Translations under genes and position numbers: made by a program
In this document: in pieces, positions 37,265 through 48,614 of the stretch
Layout of the letters: each line of letters opens with the position of its first letter
How positions within the stretch are numbered: the first letter of the stretch is position 1
The notes under the pieces: generated by a model
The model's input: only the letters and a program-made list of their open reading frames with translations
Database searches by the model: none
What the model was told of the DNA's origin: nothing
NCBI GenBank assembly: GCA_022484695.1
Contig: JAKVKU010000006.1
Span: forward strand, 76,003-140,002
DNA: 64,000 bases
Direction: 5' to 3'
DNA from: Lactobacillus sp.
GTDB lineage: Bacteria; Bacillota; Bacilli; Lactobacillales; Lactobacillaceae

Positions 37265-38674
37265 TTGAACACACAAAGCACCACCGCTAAAAGCACTGAG
37301 AAACGCAATTTATTCATCTTTACCTTGTTACTGGGGACCTTTAGCATGTCCATCAGCCAATCCTCACTGTCCACGGCTTACCCCACGTTAATGCGCACCT
37401 TTAACGTCACCGCCGATACGGTCCAGTGGCTCACCACCGGGTTCATGCTGGTGATGAGTATTTTAATTCCCGTCAGTCCCTGGTTGTTGCATAATATTCC
37501 CTTTAAGCGGTTATTTCAAGGCATCATCGCCATTTTTTTCATTGGGACGTTATTTTGCATTTTGGCGCCCAACTTTCCCATGTTGCTCATTGGCCGGATT
37601 TTAGAAGCCATCGCTGTGGGGATCATCTTTCCCAGCTATCAAACTGTGTTATTGACCATCACCCCCAAAGCACAACGGGGGGCCACCATGGGCTTAGCTG
37701 GTCTGGTCATGGGGAGCGCCTTGGCGGTGGGCCCGATCATTTCTGGGGTCTTATTGCAATTCTTCAGCTGGCAAGGCCTGTTCGTTTTGTTTTTGATCAT
37801 GATGGTCATCACCTTTAGCCTGTCCCTGGGGGCCATCAAAGATGTGATGACCTTAGAAAAAAGCAGCATTGACGGCTTATCCGTGGTATTAGCTGCCGGT
37901 TTTCCCGGGGTCTTATGGGTCTTGACGGAATTTGTCCACGGCGGCTTTGGCAATTGGATGGTCTGGGTGATCCTCCTAGCCAGCATCATCGGCATGGTTT
38001 GGTTTGTCCGGCGCCAATTACATGCCACGAAACCCTTATTACAATTAAAAGTCTTTACGTCCAAAATTTATACCATGTCCGTATTCTTAACCGGCATATC
38101 CTACATTGCTTTGATCGTGACCACCATTATCATGCCGCTTTACTTCCAACAAGTTTTACATATCTCGCCGTTAATGTCTGGGCTTTCCCTAGTACCAGCA
38201 GCGGTGGTCTTAAGTCTGTTAAATCCGATTTCTGGCCGTCTGTTGGATAAGGTTGGGGGAACTTTTGTCATTCGTATCGGCATGGGCCTGATCATTGTGG
38301 GTATGGGGTTAATGGCCATATTCGCCAACGCCCAACTTTTAGGGATCGCCATTTTAGCGGCCATCATTACCGAAAGTGGCAATGCCTTTGTGATGATGCC
38401 AGCGGTCACTTGGGGGGCCAACGCCTTGTCTAAGGAGCTATTGGCGGATGCCACGGCGGTGACCACCACGGTGCGGCAAATTTTAGGCTCCTTAGGGGTC
38501 ATGGTGGCCACGGAAATTTTGACCCTAGTGACGCAGCTCAATCTAACGAGCCGGGGGGCAGCCAGCGCCCAATTATTAGGTTTTAGAGTCACTTTCATTG
38601 TCTTTATGTTCATCGGCATTTTAGGCTTCTTATTGACCTTAAGCATGGGCCATTTAGCTAAAAGCCAAGCATAA
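37265..38674 (+). CDS. DHA2/EmrB-QacA family MFS efflux transporter
   Basis: VQWLTTGFML, LIGRILEA, GPIISG, 14-TM pattern. TTG 37265 follows GGGAGG. Confidence 0.92.
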   Translation: MNTQSTTAKSTEKRNLFIFTLLLGTFSMSISQSSLSTAYPTLMRTFNVTADTVQWLTTGFMLVMSILIPVSPWLLHNIPFKRLFQGIIAIFFIGTLFCILAPNFPMLLIGRILEAIAVGIIFPSYQTVLLTITPKAQRGATMGLAGLVMGSALAVGPIISGVLLQFFSWQGLFVLFLIMMVITFSLSLGAIKDVMTLEKSSIDGLSVVLAAGFPGVLWVLTEFVHGGFGNWMVWVILLASIIGMVWFVRRQLHATKPLLQLKVFTSKIYTMSVFLTGISYIALIVTTIIMPLYFQQVLHISPLMSGLSLVPAAVVLSLLNPISGRLLDKVGGTFVIRIGMGLIIVGMGLMAIFANAQLLGIAILAAIITESGNAFVMMPAVTWGANALSKELLADATAVTTTVRQILGSLGVMVATEILTLVTQLNLTSRGAASAQLLGFRVTFIVFMFIGILGFLLTLSMGHLAKSQA

Positions 38675-38717
38675 ATGTTATAATTTGGGCAAATAAACGT
38701 CATTTGAGGAGGTTTTT

Positions 38718-39749
38718 GTGATGACACTACCAACCACAACCAAAGCCATTGGTTTTTACGAAGGTTTTGAATTAAAGGGGGATAAACCAGGGTTTCAAGA
38801 TTTGGTTTTACCCCTGCCGGTCCTACGGGCACAAGATCTGTTGGTCCAAGTCCAAGCCGTGTCCGTGAATCCCGTGGACACCAAACAACGCCAGACCCAG
38901 GCTAAAACATCAAAACCTCGCATTTTGGGTTTTGACGGCGTGGGCCAAGTGGTGGCTAAAGGCGAAGCCGTGACTGACTTTGACCTGGGGGATATGGTTT
39001 ATTACGCCGGCACTACCAAACGGCCGGGCTCTAACATGGCTTATCAAGCCATTGACAGTCGCCTAGTGGCTAAAAAGCCTACCACGTTAGATGTCAGTGC
39101 CAGTGCCGCTTTGCCCTTGACCAGTTTGACGGCGTGGGAGTTACTATTTGAAAAATTAGGCTTTACCCCAGCCGCAAATGCCAACCGGGGCCAAAAGATC
39201 TTAGTGGTCAATGGGGCCGGGGGCGTGGGATCCATGTTGATGCAACTGGCTAAATGGAGTGGCCTGCGGGTTTATGCCACCGCCAGCAATCAAAATTTTG
39301 ATTGGCTGATGCAATACGGGGCCGATGTGACCTTAGATTATCACCAAAACATTGCCGAACAATTACGGGCGGTGGATATTGTCAATGTGGATGGCATTGC
39401 CATTTTGTATAATCCCACCAACTACTTCCAAATGGCCGCTGATTTGATCAAACCCTTTGGCCATATTGCCTCATTAGTAGATGTCAAAACCTTGCCCATT
39501 GGCCTGTTAAAGCCTAAATCCGCCAGTTTTGATTGGGAGTTCATGTTCACCAAGTCCGATTACAATGTGAATATGGCTAGTCAAGGGCAAATTCTGCAGC
39601 AAGTAGCCCAATTGGTAGATCAAGGCGTGGTGAAGACCACCTTGCGGGAAGTTATCACGGGCATCAACGCTCAGACCTTGACCCGAGCCCATGGCCAAAT
39701 TGAAGCGGGACACACGAAAGGTAAGATTGTCCTCTCCGGTGAATTTTAG
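38718..39749 (+). CDS. Zinc-binding ADH-family quinone oxidoreductase-like protein
   Basis: VSVNPVDTK, LGFDGVG, ALPLTSLTAWE, NGAGGVGS, FDWEFMF; no catalytic Zn Cys set. Confidence 0.9.
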   Translation: MMTLPTTTKAIGFYEGFELKGDKPGFQDLVLPLPVLRAQDLLVQVQAVSVNPVDTKQRQTQAKTSKPRILGFDGVGQVVAKGEAVTDFDLGDMVYYAGTTKRPGSNMAYQAIDSRLVAKKPTTLDVSASAALPLTSLTAWELLFEKLGFTPAANANRGQKILVVNGAGGVGSMLMQLAKWSGLRVYATASNQNFDWLMQYGADVTLDYHQNIAEQLRAVDIVNVDGIAILYNPTNYFQMAADLIKPFGHIASLVDVKTLPIGLLKPKSASFDWEFMFTKSDYNVNMASQGQILQQVAQLVDQGVVKTTLREVITGINAQTLTRAHGQIEAGHTKGKIVLSGEF

Positions 39750-39762
39750 GGAAAACTATTAG

Positions 39763-39790
39763 TGAATACGCTACCAATTACTGTTATAAT
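39763..39790 (+). promoter_or_regulatory. ackA promoter with cre-like site
   Basis: TGAATACGCTACCA (39763-76); extended -10 TGTTATAAT (39782-90). Confidence 0.55.
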
Positions 39791-39832
39791 AGAATTCGAT
39801 ACTTTTTTGATACTTGATTTGGAGGAATTATT

Positions 39833-41044
39833 ATGGTAAAAGTAATGGCTGTCAACGCCGGCAGTTCCACATTAAAATGGCAATTGTTCGATATGCCATC
39901 TGAAACAAAAATCGCCGGAGGGATGATTGACCGTTTGGGTCATGAAAATGCCAGATTTATCGCAGAATATGGCGATGGGCAGAAATTTGAAAAACAAGAA
40001 GCCATTACCACCAATGAATTGGCAGCGGCTAAAATTTTGACCCGGTTAAAGGAATTAGGCATCGTTCAACACTTAGAGGAAATCGAAGGTGTGGGCCACC
40101 GGGTCGTAGCTGGTGGGGAACTCTTTAAAGGCTCAACACGGGTGACCCCCCAGGTAATTGATCAAATCAATCAATTGACGGAATATGCGCCTTTGCATAA
40201 TCCGATTCAAGCCTATTATATTAACGTATTCACCGAATTATTGCCCCATGCTACCCAAGTCGCCGTTTTTGACACGTCCTTTTTCAGTACACTGGAACCA
40301 GAAGATTACTTGTATAGTGTCGATTTAAGCTATTACAAGAAATTTAGAGCCCGTAAATATGGGGCCCATGGGACCAGTCACCGTTATGTGGCGGCTAGAG
40401 CGGCTGAATTAATGGGTAAACCCTTAGAAGACTTGAAATTGATCACCCTGCATTTAGGCAGTGGCGCTTCAATCTCAGCCATTGACGGTGGCAAAGCCAT
40501 TGATACCTCCATGGGGTTCACCCCACTGGCTGGTATCACCATGGGGACTCGTTCTGGGGATATCGATCCTTCGTTGATCCCATTTTTGATGAAGAAGTTA
40601 GGTTTGACCGATGTCAATGAGTTCATTGATATCTTAAACAGCAAATCTGGTCTGCTGGGTATTTCCGGTTTGTCCGCGGACATGCGGGACTTAGAAGACA
40701 CCGAAGCTACCAATGACCGTTCAGCGTTAGCTTTGAAGATTTTTGTCAACCGGGTCGTGAAATATGTTGGCGCCTATGTAGCTCGCTTAGGGGGCGTGGA
40801 CGGGATCGTCTTCACCGCCGGCAGTGGTGAAAATGGGATTGATCTACGCCAACGCATTGGCGACCAACTCAGTGCCTTTGGCGTGCAAATTGACCCAGAA
40901 CGTAATCATGTCCGGGGCAAAGAACGCCAAATTAGCCCAGACGGCGCTGCCGTCCAAGCTTTTGTGATCCCAACCAACGAAGAATTAATGATCAGTCGGG
41001 ACACGTATCACTTACACCAAGAAGATTTGGAAAAACAACGTTAA
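39833..41044 (+). CDS. ackA: Acetate kinase
   Basis: NAGSSTLK, GHRVVAGG, APLHNP, VAVFDT, YGAHGTSH, HLGSGAS, GTRSGDID, PTNEELMI. Confidence 0.97.
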   Translation: MVKVMAVNAGSSTLKWQLFDMPSETKIAGGMIDRLGHENARFIAEYGDGQKFEKQEAITTNELAAAKILTRLKELGIVQHLEEIEGVGHRVVAGGELFKGSTRVTPQVIDQINQLTEYAPLHNPIQAYYINVFTELLPHATQVAVFDTSFFSTLEPEDYLYSVDLSYYKKFRARKYGAHGTSHRYVAARAAELMGKPLEDLKLITLHLGSGASISAIDGGKAIDTSMGFTPLAGITMGTRSGDIDPSLIPFLMKKLGLTDVNEFIDILNSKSGLLGISGLSADMRDLEDTEATNDRSALALKIFVNRVVKYVGAYVARLGGVDGIVFTAGSGENGIDLRQRIGDQLSAFGVQIDPERNHVRGKERQISPDGAAVQAFVIPTNEELMISRDTYHLHQEDLEKQR

Positions 41045-41197
41045 TATTTCATCCAGTTGTCCGGTGCGTAAACGACAATTGGCTAAAAATAAGGCTAATA
41101 CCCCAGAAAATTTGTGGTGTTAGTCTTATTTTGGTATATTGCATGGTAAAATAGCAATATATTTCAGGTCCAAACAATTGCTTATGGAGGGTTCATT

Positions 41198-42853
41198 TTG
41201 GCAAGACATTGGTGGCAAAAAGCCGTCGTATATCAGATATATCCCCGGAGTTTTCAAGATTCTAATAATGATGGGATTGGGGATTTGCAAGGCATTATTA
41301 GGCGGTTAGACTATTTGAAGAATTTAGGGGTGGATGTTTTATGGTTAAATCCAATCTATGCTTCACCTAATGATGACAATGGCTATGATATCCGTAATTA
41401 TCAAGAAATTATGAGCGATTTTGGCACCATGGCCGACTTCGACGAATTGCTCAAACAGGCCCATGGTCGGGGGTTGAAGATCATGATGGATTTAGTGGTG
41501 AACCACACCTCTGATGAACATCACTGGTTTGTGGAAAGCCGCAAATCTGTCGATAACCCTTATCGGGACTATTATATTTGGCAAGACCCCGTGGCCGGCC
41601 ACGCCCCTAATGACTGGCAGTCGGCTTTTTCTGGACCTGCCTGGCAGTTGGATCGCCAATCCGGGCAATATTACCTGCATATTTTTTCTAAAAAACAGGT
41701 GGACTTGAATTGGCGCAATACTGAGGTGCGCCAAAGTATCTTCAAGATGATGAATTGGTGGGTGGACAAGGGCATCGATGGCTTTCGCATGGATGTCATC
41801 AACTTGATCGCCAAACCCCAAGATTTCACCAGTACGGCGACCAATGCCATTAACGCGGTGGCTAATGGGGAACATGTCCATGAATATCTGCGGGAAATGA
41901 ATGATGCGGTTTTATCCAAGGCCGATTTAATGACCGTGGGGGAGACGCCGGACGTGACACCACTGGATGGTATCAAGTATGCGGGCTTTGACCGCCATGA
42001 ATTAAATATGATTTTCCAATTTGAACATATGGGTGTGGATTTAGACCCTAAATTAGGTCGCTTTAAAACCCATCCCTTCAAATTGTCCACCCTTAAGGCC
42101 ATCATGAGCAAGTGGCAGACCCAATTGGCCAACAAGGCTTGGAATGCCTTATATTGGAATAACCACGATCAGGCCCGGGTGGTTTCTAGATTTGGGGATG
42201 ACCGCCCCGCTTATCGGGTGCTGTCCGCCAAGATGTTAGGGCTGGTCCTCCATTACCAACAGGGCACGCCTTATATTTACCAAGGGGAAGAAATTGGCAT
42301 GACCAATGCCTATAATTTTAAAACTATCAGTGATTATCAAGATATTGAAGCTGTGAATGGCTACCAGGACTTGGTGACCGACAAGCATGTGTTAACCCCA
42401 GCACAAGCCATCGCTGCCTTGCAGGCCCAAAGTCGAGATAACGCCCGGACGCCGATGCAATGGGATACATCGGCCAATGCCGGCTTCACGGCAACCGGTG
42501 TGACCCCCTGGTTGGGGTTAAATGCCAACTATCCAACTATCAATGTGGCCCAGGCAATAGCTGACAAGCAATCGATTTTTTATTGTTATCAACGCATGAA
42601 TCAATTACGGCGCCAGTATCCGATCATTATTGAGGGGGATTATCAGCTTTTAGAACCAGCGGATGAACAGGTTTGGGCTTATCAGCGTCATTTGGCAGGC
42701 CAAACATTATTGGTTGTGGCTAATTTCACGGCGCACACCTTGACCCGTTCTTTTGCTGGTGGGGAGACTGGGGCCAAATTATTGCAAAGTAACTATGAAG
42801 ATGACGCTAAAAATACCCTGCGGCCCTATGAAGCCAAGGTTTATCTGGTGTAA
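41198..42853 (+). CDS. Oligo-1,6-glucosidase / alpha-glucosidase (GH13_31)
   Basis: YQIYPRSF, DLVVNH, GFRMDVI, VGE, NNHD, SRDNARTPMQW. Confidence 0.94.
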   Translation: MARHWWQKAVVYQIYPRSFQDSNNDGIGDLQGIIRRLDYLKNLGVDVLWLNPIYASPNDDNGYDIRNYQEIMSDFGTMADFDELLKQAHGRGLKIMMDLVVNHTSDEHHWFVESRKSVDNPYRDYYIWQDPVAGHAPNDWQSAFSGPAWQLDRQSGQYYLHIFSKKQVDLNWRNTEVRQSIFKMMNWWVDKGIDGFRMDVINLIAKPQDFTSTATNAINAVANGEHVHEYLREMNDAVLSKADLMTVGETPDVTPLDGIKYAGFDRHELNMIFQFEHMGVDLDPKLGRFKTHPFKLSTLKAIMSKWQTQLANKAWNALYWNNHDQARVVSRFGDDRPAYRVLSAKMLGLVLHYQQGTPYIYQGEEIGMTNAYNFKTISDYQDIEAVNGYQDLVTDKHVLTPAQAIAALQAQSRDNARTPMQWDTSANAGFTATGVTPWLGLNANYPTINVAQAIADKQSIFYCYQRMNQLRRQYPIIIEGDYQLLEPADEQVWAYQRHLAGQTLLVVANFTAHTLTRSFAGGETGAKLLQSNYEDDAKNTLRPYEAKVYLV

Positions 42854-42975
42854 GGTGCATCCTTGAAAACAGTAACGCACAAGAAAATTTTTAAAATTGT
42901 GCCGAACTGTTTTTTCATTTTAGGAAATAATAGGTATAATACTAGTTAAAAGTAAAACTTGGAGGTTTAAAAATT

Positions 42976-43602
42976 ATGTCTGGGATCAAACAAAATCAAT
43001 TAGCCCGCTACCAACAAATCGCATTGGACATTGCCAGCCGGATCATTAACCAGGAGTACCCTATTGGCACCAAGATACATGCCCGCTCCACCATTGCCAA
43101 TACATACCAGGTATCGCCTGAAACCGCCCGTAAAGCCATCAAGATGTTGGGGGATCTAAAAATTGTTGAAGCCAAACGGGGCAGTGGTTTTTACGTGTCC
43201 TCCATTGAAAACGCCGGGAATTTCCTGGATCAATTTAGTAATGTTAAAACTTTAAAAGATTTAAAAAATGATATTCAAAACATCATGGCCCGCCAAGCTG
43301 AAGATTACCGACAATTAGCGGAGTTGATGAATCAATTTGTGGACCAGACCCAACGGTTTAATTCTGTCAGCCCCCTGGTGCCTTTCCAATATGAAATTGG
43401 TGCCAAGAGTCCCCATTTGAATAAATCCATTGGGGAGTTGCAATTATGGCAGAATACCACGGCAACAATCGTGGCGGTGCGCCAAGGTGGCCAATTAAAA
43501 GTTTCCCCAGGCCCTTATGCCATTTTAAACGCCGGGGATACCATTTTCTTCGTGGGGGCGGAAACGTCTTTACAACAAGTCCAAAGCTTCTTCGCTGGGT
43601 AA
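42976..43602 (+). CDS. busR: GntR-wHTH + TrkA-C (RCK_C) repressor of busAB
   Basis: RYQQIALDIA...VSPETARKA N-terminal wHTH; C-terminal SIGELQLWQNTTATIVAV...SPGPYA; adjacent to busAA. Confidence 0.9.
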   Translation: MSGIKQNQLARYQQIALDIASRIINQEYPIGTKIHARSTIANTYQVSPETARKAIKMLGDLKIVEAKRGSGFYVSSIENAGNFLDQFSNVKTLKDLKNDIQNIMARQAEDYRQLAELMNQFVDQTQRFNSVSPLVPFQYEIGAKSPHLNKSIGELQLWQNTTATIVAVRQGGQLKVSPGPYAILNAGDTIFFVGAETSLQQVQSFFAG

Positions 43603-43768
43603 GCCACTTTTTTAGTAAAAAGCCGCAAACAAAATTAATCTTAAAAAATTATTTTTGTTTCGCGAAAGTGACCACATGATTTTTAAATAGTGTTGGTATA
43701 ACGGGGATTCGGCGCTTTAATTTCATGAAAGTGCCCGGGCATTAGTCTGAAAATAGACTGAATTGGAT

Positions 43769-43811
43769 TTGACAAAGTGCCAATACACATATACTATGAT
43801 TAAGTCACTTT
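43769..43811 (+). promoter_or_regulatory. busAA promoter overlapped by a bipartite BusR-type operator
   Basis: TTGACA (43769-74)-17-TACTAT (43792-97); AAAGTGCC (43774-81)-N22-GTCACTTT (43804-11). Confidence 0.8.
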
Positions 43812-43852
43812 CACACGAATGTTTTTTATCCAAAGAAAGGGAGGCTATTAAT

Positions 43853-45058
43853 TTGCCAATCGTAAACGTAGAACATTTATCCAAGATATTCGGCAAGCGG
43901 GTCAAACCTGCTTTAAGCATGATTCGGGCTAAAAAGTCCAAAACTGATATTTTAAAAGCAACTGGGGCAACTGTTGGGGTCTATGATGCCAATTTCACCG
44001 TGGAAAAGGGTGAAATATTCGTCATCATGGGCTTGTCCGGCAGTGGGAAGTCCACCTTGATTCGGCTGATCAATCGTTTAATTACCCCTACCACCGGTTC
44101 CATTTATATTGATGGGGATGACATCGCCAAGATGGATAAGGAAGCTTTGATCAAAGCGCGCCGGGATAAAATGAGCATGGTGTTTCAAAACTTTGCCCTG
44201 TTTCCCAACCGCACGATTTTAGACAACACCGCTTACGGCTTGGAAATTAAAAAGGTTCCTAAAGAAGAACGGGAAGAAAAAGCCAAGGCTGTTTTAGAAG
44301 ATATGGGCTTGACGGCCTTTATCGACCAGTATCCCGACCAACTTTCCGGGGGGATGCAACAGCGTGTCGGCTTAGCCCGGGCGCTGACCAATGACCCAGA
44401 AGTGCTGCTCATGGACGAAGCTTTCTCAGCCCTGGATCCCTTGATTCGTCATGAAATGCAAGACGAATTATTGGACCTACAAGGCCGTTTGAAAAAAACC
44501 ATTATCTTTATTACCCATGATTTGAATGAAGCTTTACGGATCGGGGATCGTATTTTGATCATGAAAGACGGTCAAGTCATGCAAGTGGGCACCGGGGAAG
44601 AAATCCTGACCCATCCTAGTAATGACTATGTCCGCACCTTTACCAGAGATGTGGATTATTCCAAAGTCCTCACCGCCCAAAATATCATGATTCCGGCCTT
44701 GACCATTAATTTGGATAAGGAAGGCCCAAATATTGCCCTTAGACGGATGCGCCATGAAGAAGTCAGTATGTTAGTGGCCGTGGACAGTCAAAGACACCTT
44801 AAGGGCGTTATCAACGCGGAAGATGCCGTTGAAGCCAGAAAGCAAAACAAACCCTTGACCGACTTCATCGATATGAAGATCCCAACCATTTCAAAAGACA
44901 CCTTGGTTAATGACATTTTCAAAGTTATCAACAATTCCCCAACACCAGTTGTCGTTACCGAAAACCAACGGGTGGTGGGCGTTGTGATTCGGGGTAGTGT
45001 GATTGATGCCTTGACCGAAGACGAAGAACAAAAGGAGGCGAGCGCTGATAATGAATAG
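43853..45058 (+). CDS. busAA: Glycine betaine ABC transporter ATPase with CBS domains
   Basis: [23 protein letters not shown]-terminal CBS pair. TTG 43853 after AGGGAGG. Confidence 0.95.
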   Translation: MPIVNVEHLSKIFGKRVKPALSMIRAKKSKTDILKATGATVGVYDANFTVEKGEIFVIMGLSGSGKSTLIRLINRLITPTTGSIYIDGDDIAKMDKEALIKARRDKMSMVFQNFALFPNRTILDNTAYGLEIKKVPKEEREEKAKAVLEDMGLTAFIDQYPDQLSGGMQQRVGLARALTNDPEVLLMDEAFSALDPLIRHEMQDELLDLQGRLKKTIIFITHDLNEALRIGDRILIMKDGQVMQVGTGEEILTHPSNDYVRTFTRDVDYSKVLTAQNIMIPALTINLDKEGPNIALRRMRHEEVSMLVAVDSQRHLKGVINAEDAVEARKQNKPLTDFIDMKIPTISKDTLVNDIFKVINNSPTPVVVTENQRVVGVVIRGSVIDALTEDEEQKEASADNE

Positions 45059-46796
45059 TTTATGGTTAACTGCTAAATTACCGGTGGCTGATTGGGTTGA
45101 AAAAATAACCGATTGGCTCACCAACAACTGGGCTGGCCTCTTCAACGTTTTGCAAGCCATTGGTCAAAAGTTGATGAATGGCATTACCAATGGCTTAGTG
45201 GCCGTACCGCCCTTTGTGTTTATTATTATTTTGACCCTAGCTGCGTTTGTGATTTCTAAAAAGCGCTGGGGCTTGACGTTATTTACCCTGATTGGGCTGT
45301 TATATATCTATAACCAAGGCCTATGGACGGACTTGATGAACACCTTAACGTTGGTGTTGTTATCTAGTGTGTTATCCATCATCATCGGGGTGCCCACGGG
45401 GATCTGGATGGCCAAAAGCAACAAGGCCAAGGCCATCATTACCCCAATTTTAGACTTCATGCAGACCATGCCTGGTTTTGTTTACCTGATTCCTGCCGTT
45501 GCCTTCTTTGGTATCGGGATCGTGCCCGGGCTGTTCGCATCGATTATCTTTGCCCTGCCCCCAACGGTGCGGATGACCAACTTAGGGATCCGCGATGTGC
45601 CTAAGGATTTAACCGAAGCCGCTGATTCCTTTGGGAGTACTGGTTGGCAGAAATTGATCAAGGTGGAATTACCCTTGGCTAAAAGTACCATCATGGCCGG
45701 GATCAACCAAACCACCATGTTAGCCTTATCCATGGTGGTCATCGCCTCCATGATTGGGGCGCCTGGTCTGGGGCGGGGCGTGTTACAAGCCTTGCAACGG
45801 GCCCAAGTCGGTGTGGGCTTTGTCAACGGTTTGGCCCTAGTGGTCTTAGCCATCATTATCGATCGCTTTACCCAATATTTGAATCAACCTAAAACTAACC
45901 GGAAGCCCATGACGGCTAAGGAAAAGAAAAAGCATCGTCAAAAATGGTTCGCGGGTATTGTAGCTGCGGTAGTTGTGTTAGTGGGTAGTGGGCTGATCAA
46001 TACCCGCACCAATCAAGCCGCCCAAACGAAGGGGACCGTGAACTTAGCTTATATTAACTGGGATAGTGAAGTTGCCTCCACCAATGTGATTGCCCAAGCC
46101 TTGAAACAAAAGGGCTATACCGTGGACTTGACCCCACTGGACAACGCGGTGGCCTGGGAATCCGTGGCCAAGGGTCAATCTGATGCCATGGTCAGTGCCT
46201 GGTTACCCAATACCCATAAAGCCCAATATAATAAATACAAAAAAGATTTGGTGAATTTAGGTCCAAATCTTTCCGGGGCCAGAGTTGGGTTCGTGGTACC
46301 TAAATACATGACCAATGTGAACTCAATTGCCGATTTAAGCGACCAAGCCAATAAAACTATCACCGGGATCGAACCCGGTGCCGGGGAAATGGCAGCTGCT
46401 GAGACGACTTTAAAGACCTATCCAAACTTAAAGGGCTGGAAACTCTCCGCGTCTTCTTCTGGCGCCATGACAGCCGCCTTAAGTAAGGCCTATGCCGCTA
46501 AACAACCTATTGTGGTCACCGGCTGGTCACCCCATTGGATGTTTAGCAAGTACGATTTAAAATATCTTCAGGATCCAAAGGGGACTATGGGCAAGAGCGA
46601 AAATATCAATACCATGGCCCGCAAAGGCTTGAAACAAGATCAACCAGAAGCCTATAAGATCTTGGACAACTTTCATTGGACCACCAAAGATATGGAATCT
46701 GTCATGTTAAAAATCAACAAAGGTGAAAAACCAGAACAAGCGGCCAAAGATTGGATCAAAGCCAATCAAAGTCGTGTGAATGCCTGGTTTAAATAA
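45051..46796 (+). CDS. busAB: Glycine betaine ABC permease fused to substrate-binding domain
   Basis: DFMQTMP.FVYLIP, EAADSFG, C-terminal OpuAC-like domain (YINWDSE, AWLP, WSPHWMF); terminator 46811-46849. Confidence 0.95.
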   Translation: MNSLWLTAKLPVADWVEKITDWLTNNWAGLFNVLQAIGQKLMNGITNGLVAVPPFVFIIILTLAAFVISKKRWGLTLFTLIGLLYIYNQGLWTDLMNTLTLVLLSSVLSIIIGVPTGIWMAKSNKAKAIITPILDFMQTMPGFVYLIPAVAFFGIGIVPGLFASIIFALPPTVRMTNLGIRDVPKDLTEAADSFGSTGWQKLIKVELPLAKSTIMAGINQTTMLALSMVVIASMIGAPGLGRGVLQALQRAQVGVGFVNGLALVVLAIIIDRFTQYLNQPKTNRKPMTAKEKKKHRQKWFAGIVAAVVVLVGSGLINTRTNQAAQTKGTVNLAYINWDSEVASTNVIAQALKQKGYTVDLTPLDNAVAWESVAKGQSDAMVSAWLPNTHKAQYNKYKKDLVNLGPNLSGARVGFVVPKYMTNVNSIADLSDQANKTITGIEPGAGEMAAAETTLKTYPNLKGWKLSASSSGAMTAALSKAYAAKQPIVVTGWSPHWMFSKYDLKYLQDPKGTMGKSENINTMARKGLKQDQPEAYKILDNFHWTTKDMESVMLKINKGEKPEQAAKDWIKANQSRVNAWFK

Positions 46797-46953
46797 CCTT
46801 GCTTTTTAAGAAATGGTCAATTGCCTAGCCGGTGATTGACCATTTTTTTGACGTCTTTTAATAATCGATAGATATTAAAACCAATAAAGTAGTTTCAAAA
46901 ACTATGTTATGTGTTACAATGTCTATGTTATATATTTGAAAGGCGGCTTGACC

Positions 46954-47817
46954 ATGACCGAAAAGATTGCATTGTTGGTGGATTCAGCATCTGACGTGCC
47001 TAAAGAAATTCTTGAAAAAAACAAAAATATTGCCATCGTGCCGGAAACGATCACTTTTGGTGAGACGGTTTATCGCGATAGTGTGGATATCACCCCAGAT
47101 CAGTTTTATCGTAAGTTACAAACGACGCCGGAACTGCCTAAATCAGCCTGTCCGGCTTTAGGGGCCGTGCAAACAGCCCTTGAGGATTTGGTAGCCCATG
47201 GCTATACTAATGTGATAGGGATCACCATTTCCAGTGGCTTATCGGCGGCCTATGACGTTTTTTGCCAAGCCGCTGATAATGTGCCCAGTATCCAAAGCAC
47301 CATTATCGATACGAAAAATATTGGTATCGGCAGTGGCCTCTTTGCCGTCTACGCCCAAGAATTGCTGGATCAGCATTTGCCTTATGCCACCATCGTTGCC
47401 CGCCTGCAAGCTGGGGTAGCCGACAGTCGCATCTACTTTTACATCCCCACGTTGAAGTACCTACAAGCCGGGGGCCGTATTGGCAAAGTGGCCGGTTTAT
47501 TAGGGTCGATTTTACGGATCAAGCCGGTGATTTCTTGTAATCCCGATGGCATTTATTACCCGTTATTTAAAGCCCGTTCTGAACCTAAAGCCATTGCGAA
47601 GATGATCGATTTAGCCGTGGCGCAAGTTAAGGCTTATCCCAACACCCGGATCGCCGTGGCTGAAGGAGATAATAAGCCTTTGCTGCAAAAAATCGTGGCT
47701 AGTTTAAAACAACGCTTACCCCAAATGACCAAAATATACACCGGCAGTATTTCACCGGTGCTTGGGGTGCACACTGGCCCGGGCTTAGTGGGGTTAGCGA
47801 TTCAAGTAGGACAATAA
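46954..47817 (+). CDS. DegV-family fatty-acid-binding protein
   Basis: LLVDSASD, PKSACP, ISSGLS, GGRIGK, HTGPG. Confidence 0.93.
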   Translation: MTEKIALLVDSASDVPKEILEKNKNIAIVPETITFGETVYRDSVDITPDQFYRKLQTTPELPKSACPALGAVQTALEDLVAHGYTNVIGITISSGLSAAYDVFCQAADNVPSIQSTIIDTKNIGIGSGLFAVYAQELLDQHLPYATIVARLQAGVADSRIYFYIPTLKYLQAGGRIGKVAGLLGSILRIKPVISCNPDGIYYPLFKARSEPKAIAKMIDLAVAQVKAYPNTRIAVAEGDNKPLLQKIVASLKQRLPQMTKIYTGSISPVLGVHTGPGLVGLAIQVGQ

Positions 47818-47827
47818 CAATAAGGAC

Positions 47828-48367
47828 GTGATATGGTTGAAACAACAGGCTTTACGATTACCATTATGGGCGGACTTACCAACGTTTGACTTACATTTAG
47901 ATCAGCTGTTACTGCTGGTCAATGAATATGTAGAGCCGATTACCGGTGAGGTTGTGACGAAGACCATGTTGCATAATTATTTCAAGCTTAAGATTATCGT
48001 GCCCCCGGTGAAAAAACGCTATGGTCGGGTGCAATTAGCTGGGGCTATCGTGGTGGCGTTATTAAAAAGTGTCTTTGCCTTAGGTGAGATCAAACAAGGC
48101 TTTGACGTGGTGGCTAAAGGCCATGCGCCGCAAAAGGCCTATGATAATTTTGCGGTTATTTTTAACCAAGAGACCATGGCTAAAACGCCACAAGCTGTGC
48201 CGCACATTACAGCCACTTCAAAAGACGCGGTGGATCAGTTGATCCAAGTCCAATACGCGGCGGTACAGGCCGTGTTATATTGGCTAGCTGCTAAGTCCCA
48301 GCTACAGGATTTAGTGGTGCCGGCCAAAACTGAGTTAGCTAAAAACGACCAACGGCCTGATGCCTAA
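47828..48367 (+). CDS. DUF1836-domain protein
   Basis: LPLWADLP.FDLHLDQ, TKTMLHNY.K...PPVKKRY; usual neighbour of degV. Confidence 0.85.
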   Translation: MIWLKQQALRLPLWADLPTFDLHLDQLLLLVNEYVEPITGEVVTKTMLHNYFKLKIIVPPVKKRYGRVQLAGAIVVALLKSVFALGEIKQGFDVVAKGHAPQKAYDNFAVIFNQETMAKTPQAVPHITATSKDAVDQLIQVQYAAVQAVLYWLAAKSQLQDLVVPAKTELAKNDQRPDA

Positions 48368-48415
48368 GGTCGTTTTTTATTGGTGAAAATTTTAAAATAA
48401 TTCTAATTAACAACT

Positions 48416-48510
48416 TAGGGGAATCCCTACATTTTGAGCAGCATAAACTGAGATTAGCGGTCAAGCCTTGGTATGATTGGGTTTTAATCGTTTTCATGAA
48501 AACCCTTATC
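48416..48510 (+). promoter_or_regulatory. lutA upstream region: TAGGG-GAAT-CCCTA box, extended -10 and cre-like sites
   Basis: Box 48416-29; TGGTATGAT (48469-77); TGAAAACCCTTATC (48497-510) and its mirror TTAATCGTTTTCA. Confidence 0.6.
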
Positions 48511-48614
48511 GGTTTTTAAAAGGCTGTGGTCTGCGCTACAATTGAAGTTATAAATATTGCACTCATTCTTAGAATGTTTTTATAAATTGTCGTAGGTGAC
48601 TAGGAGGTATTCGG

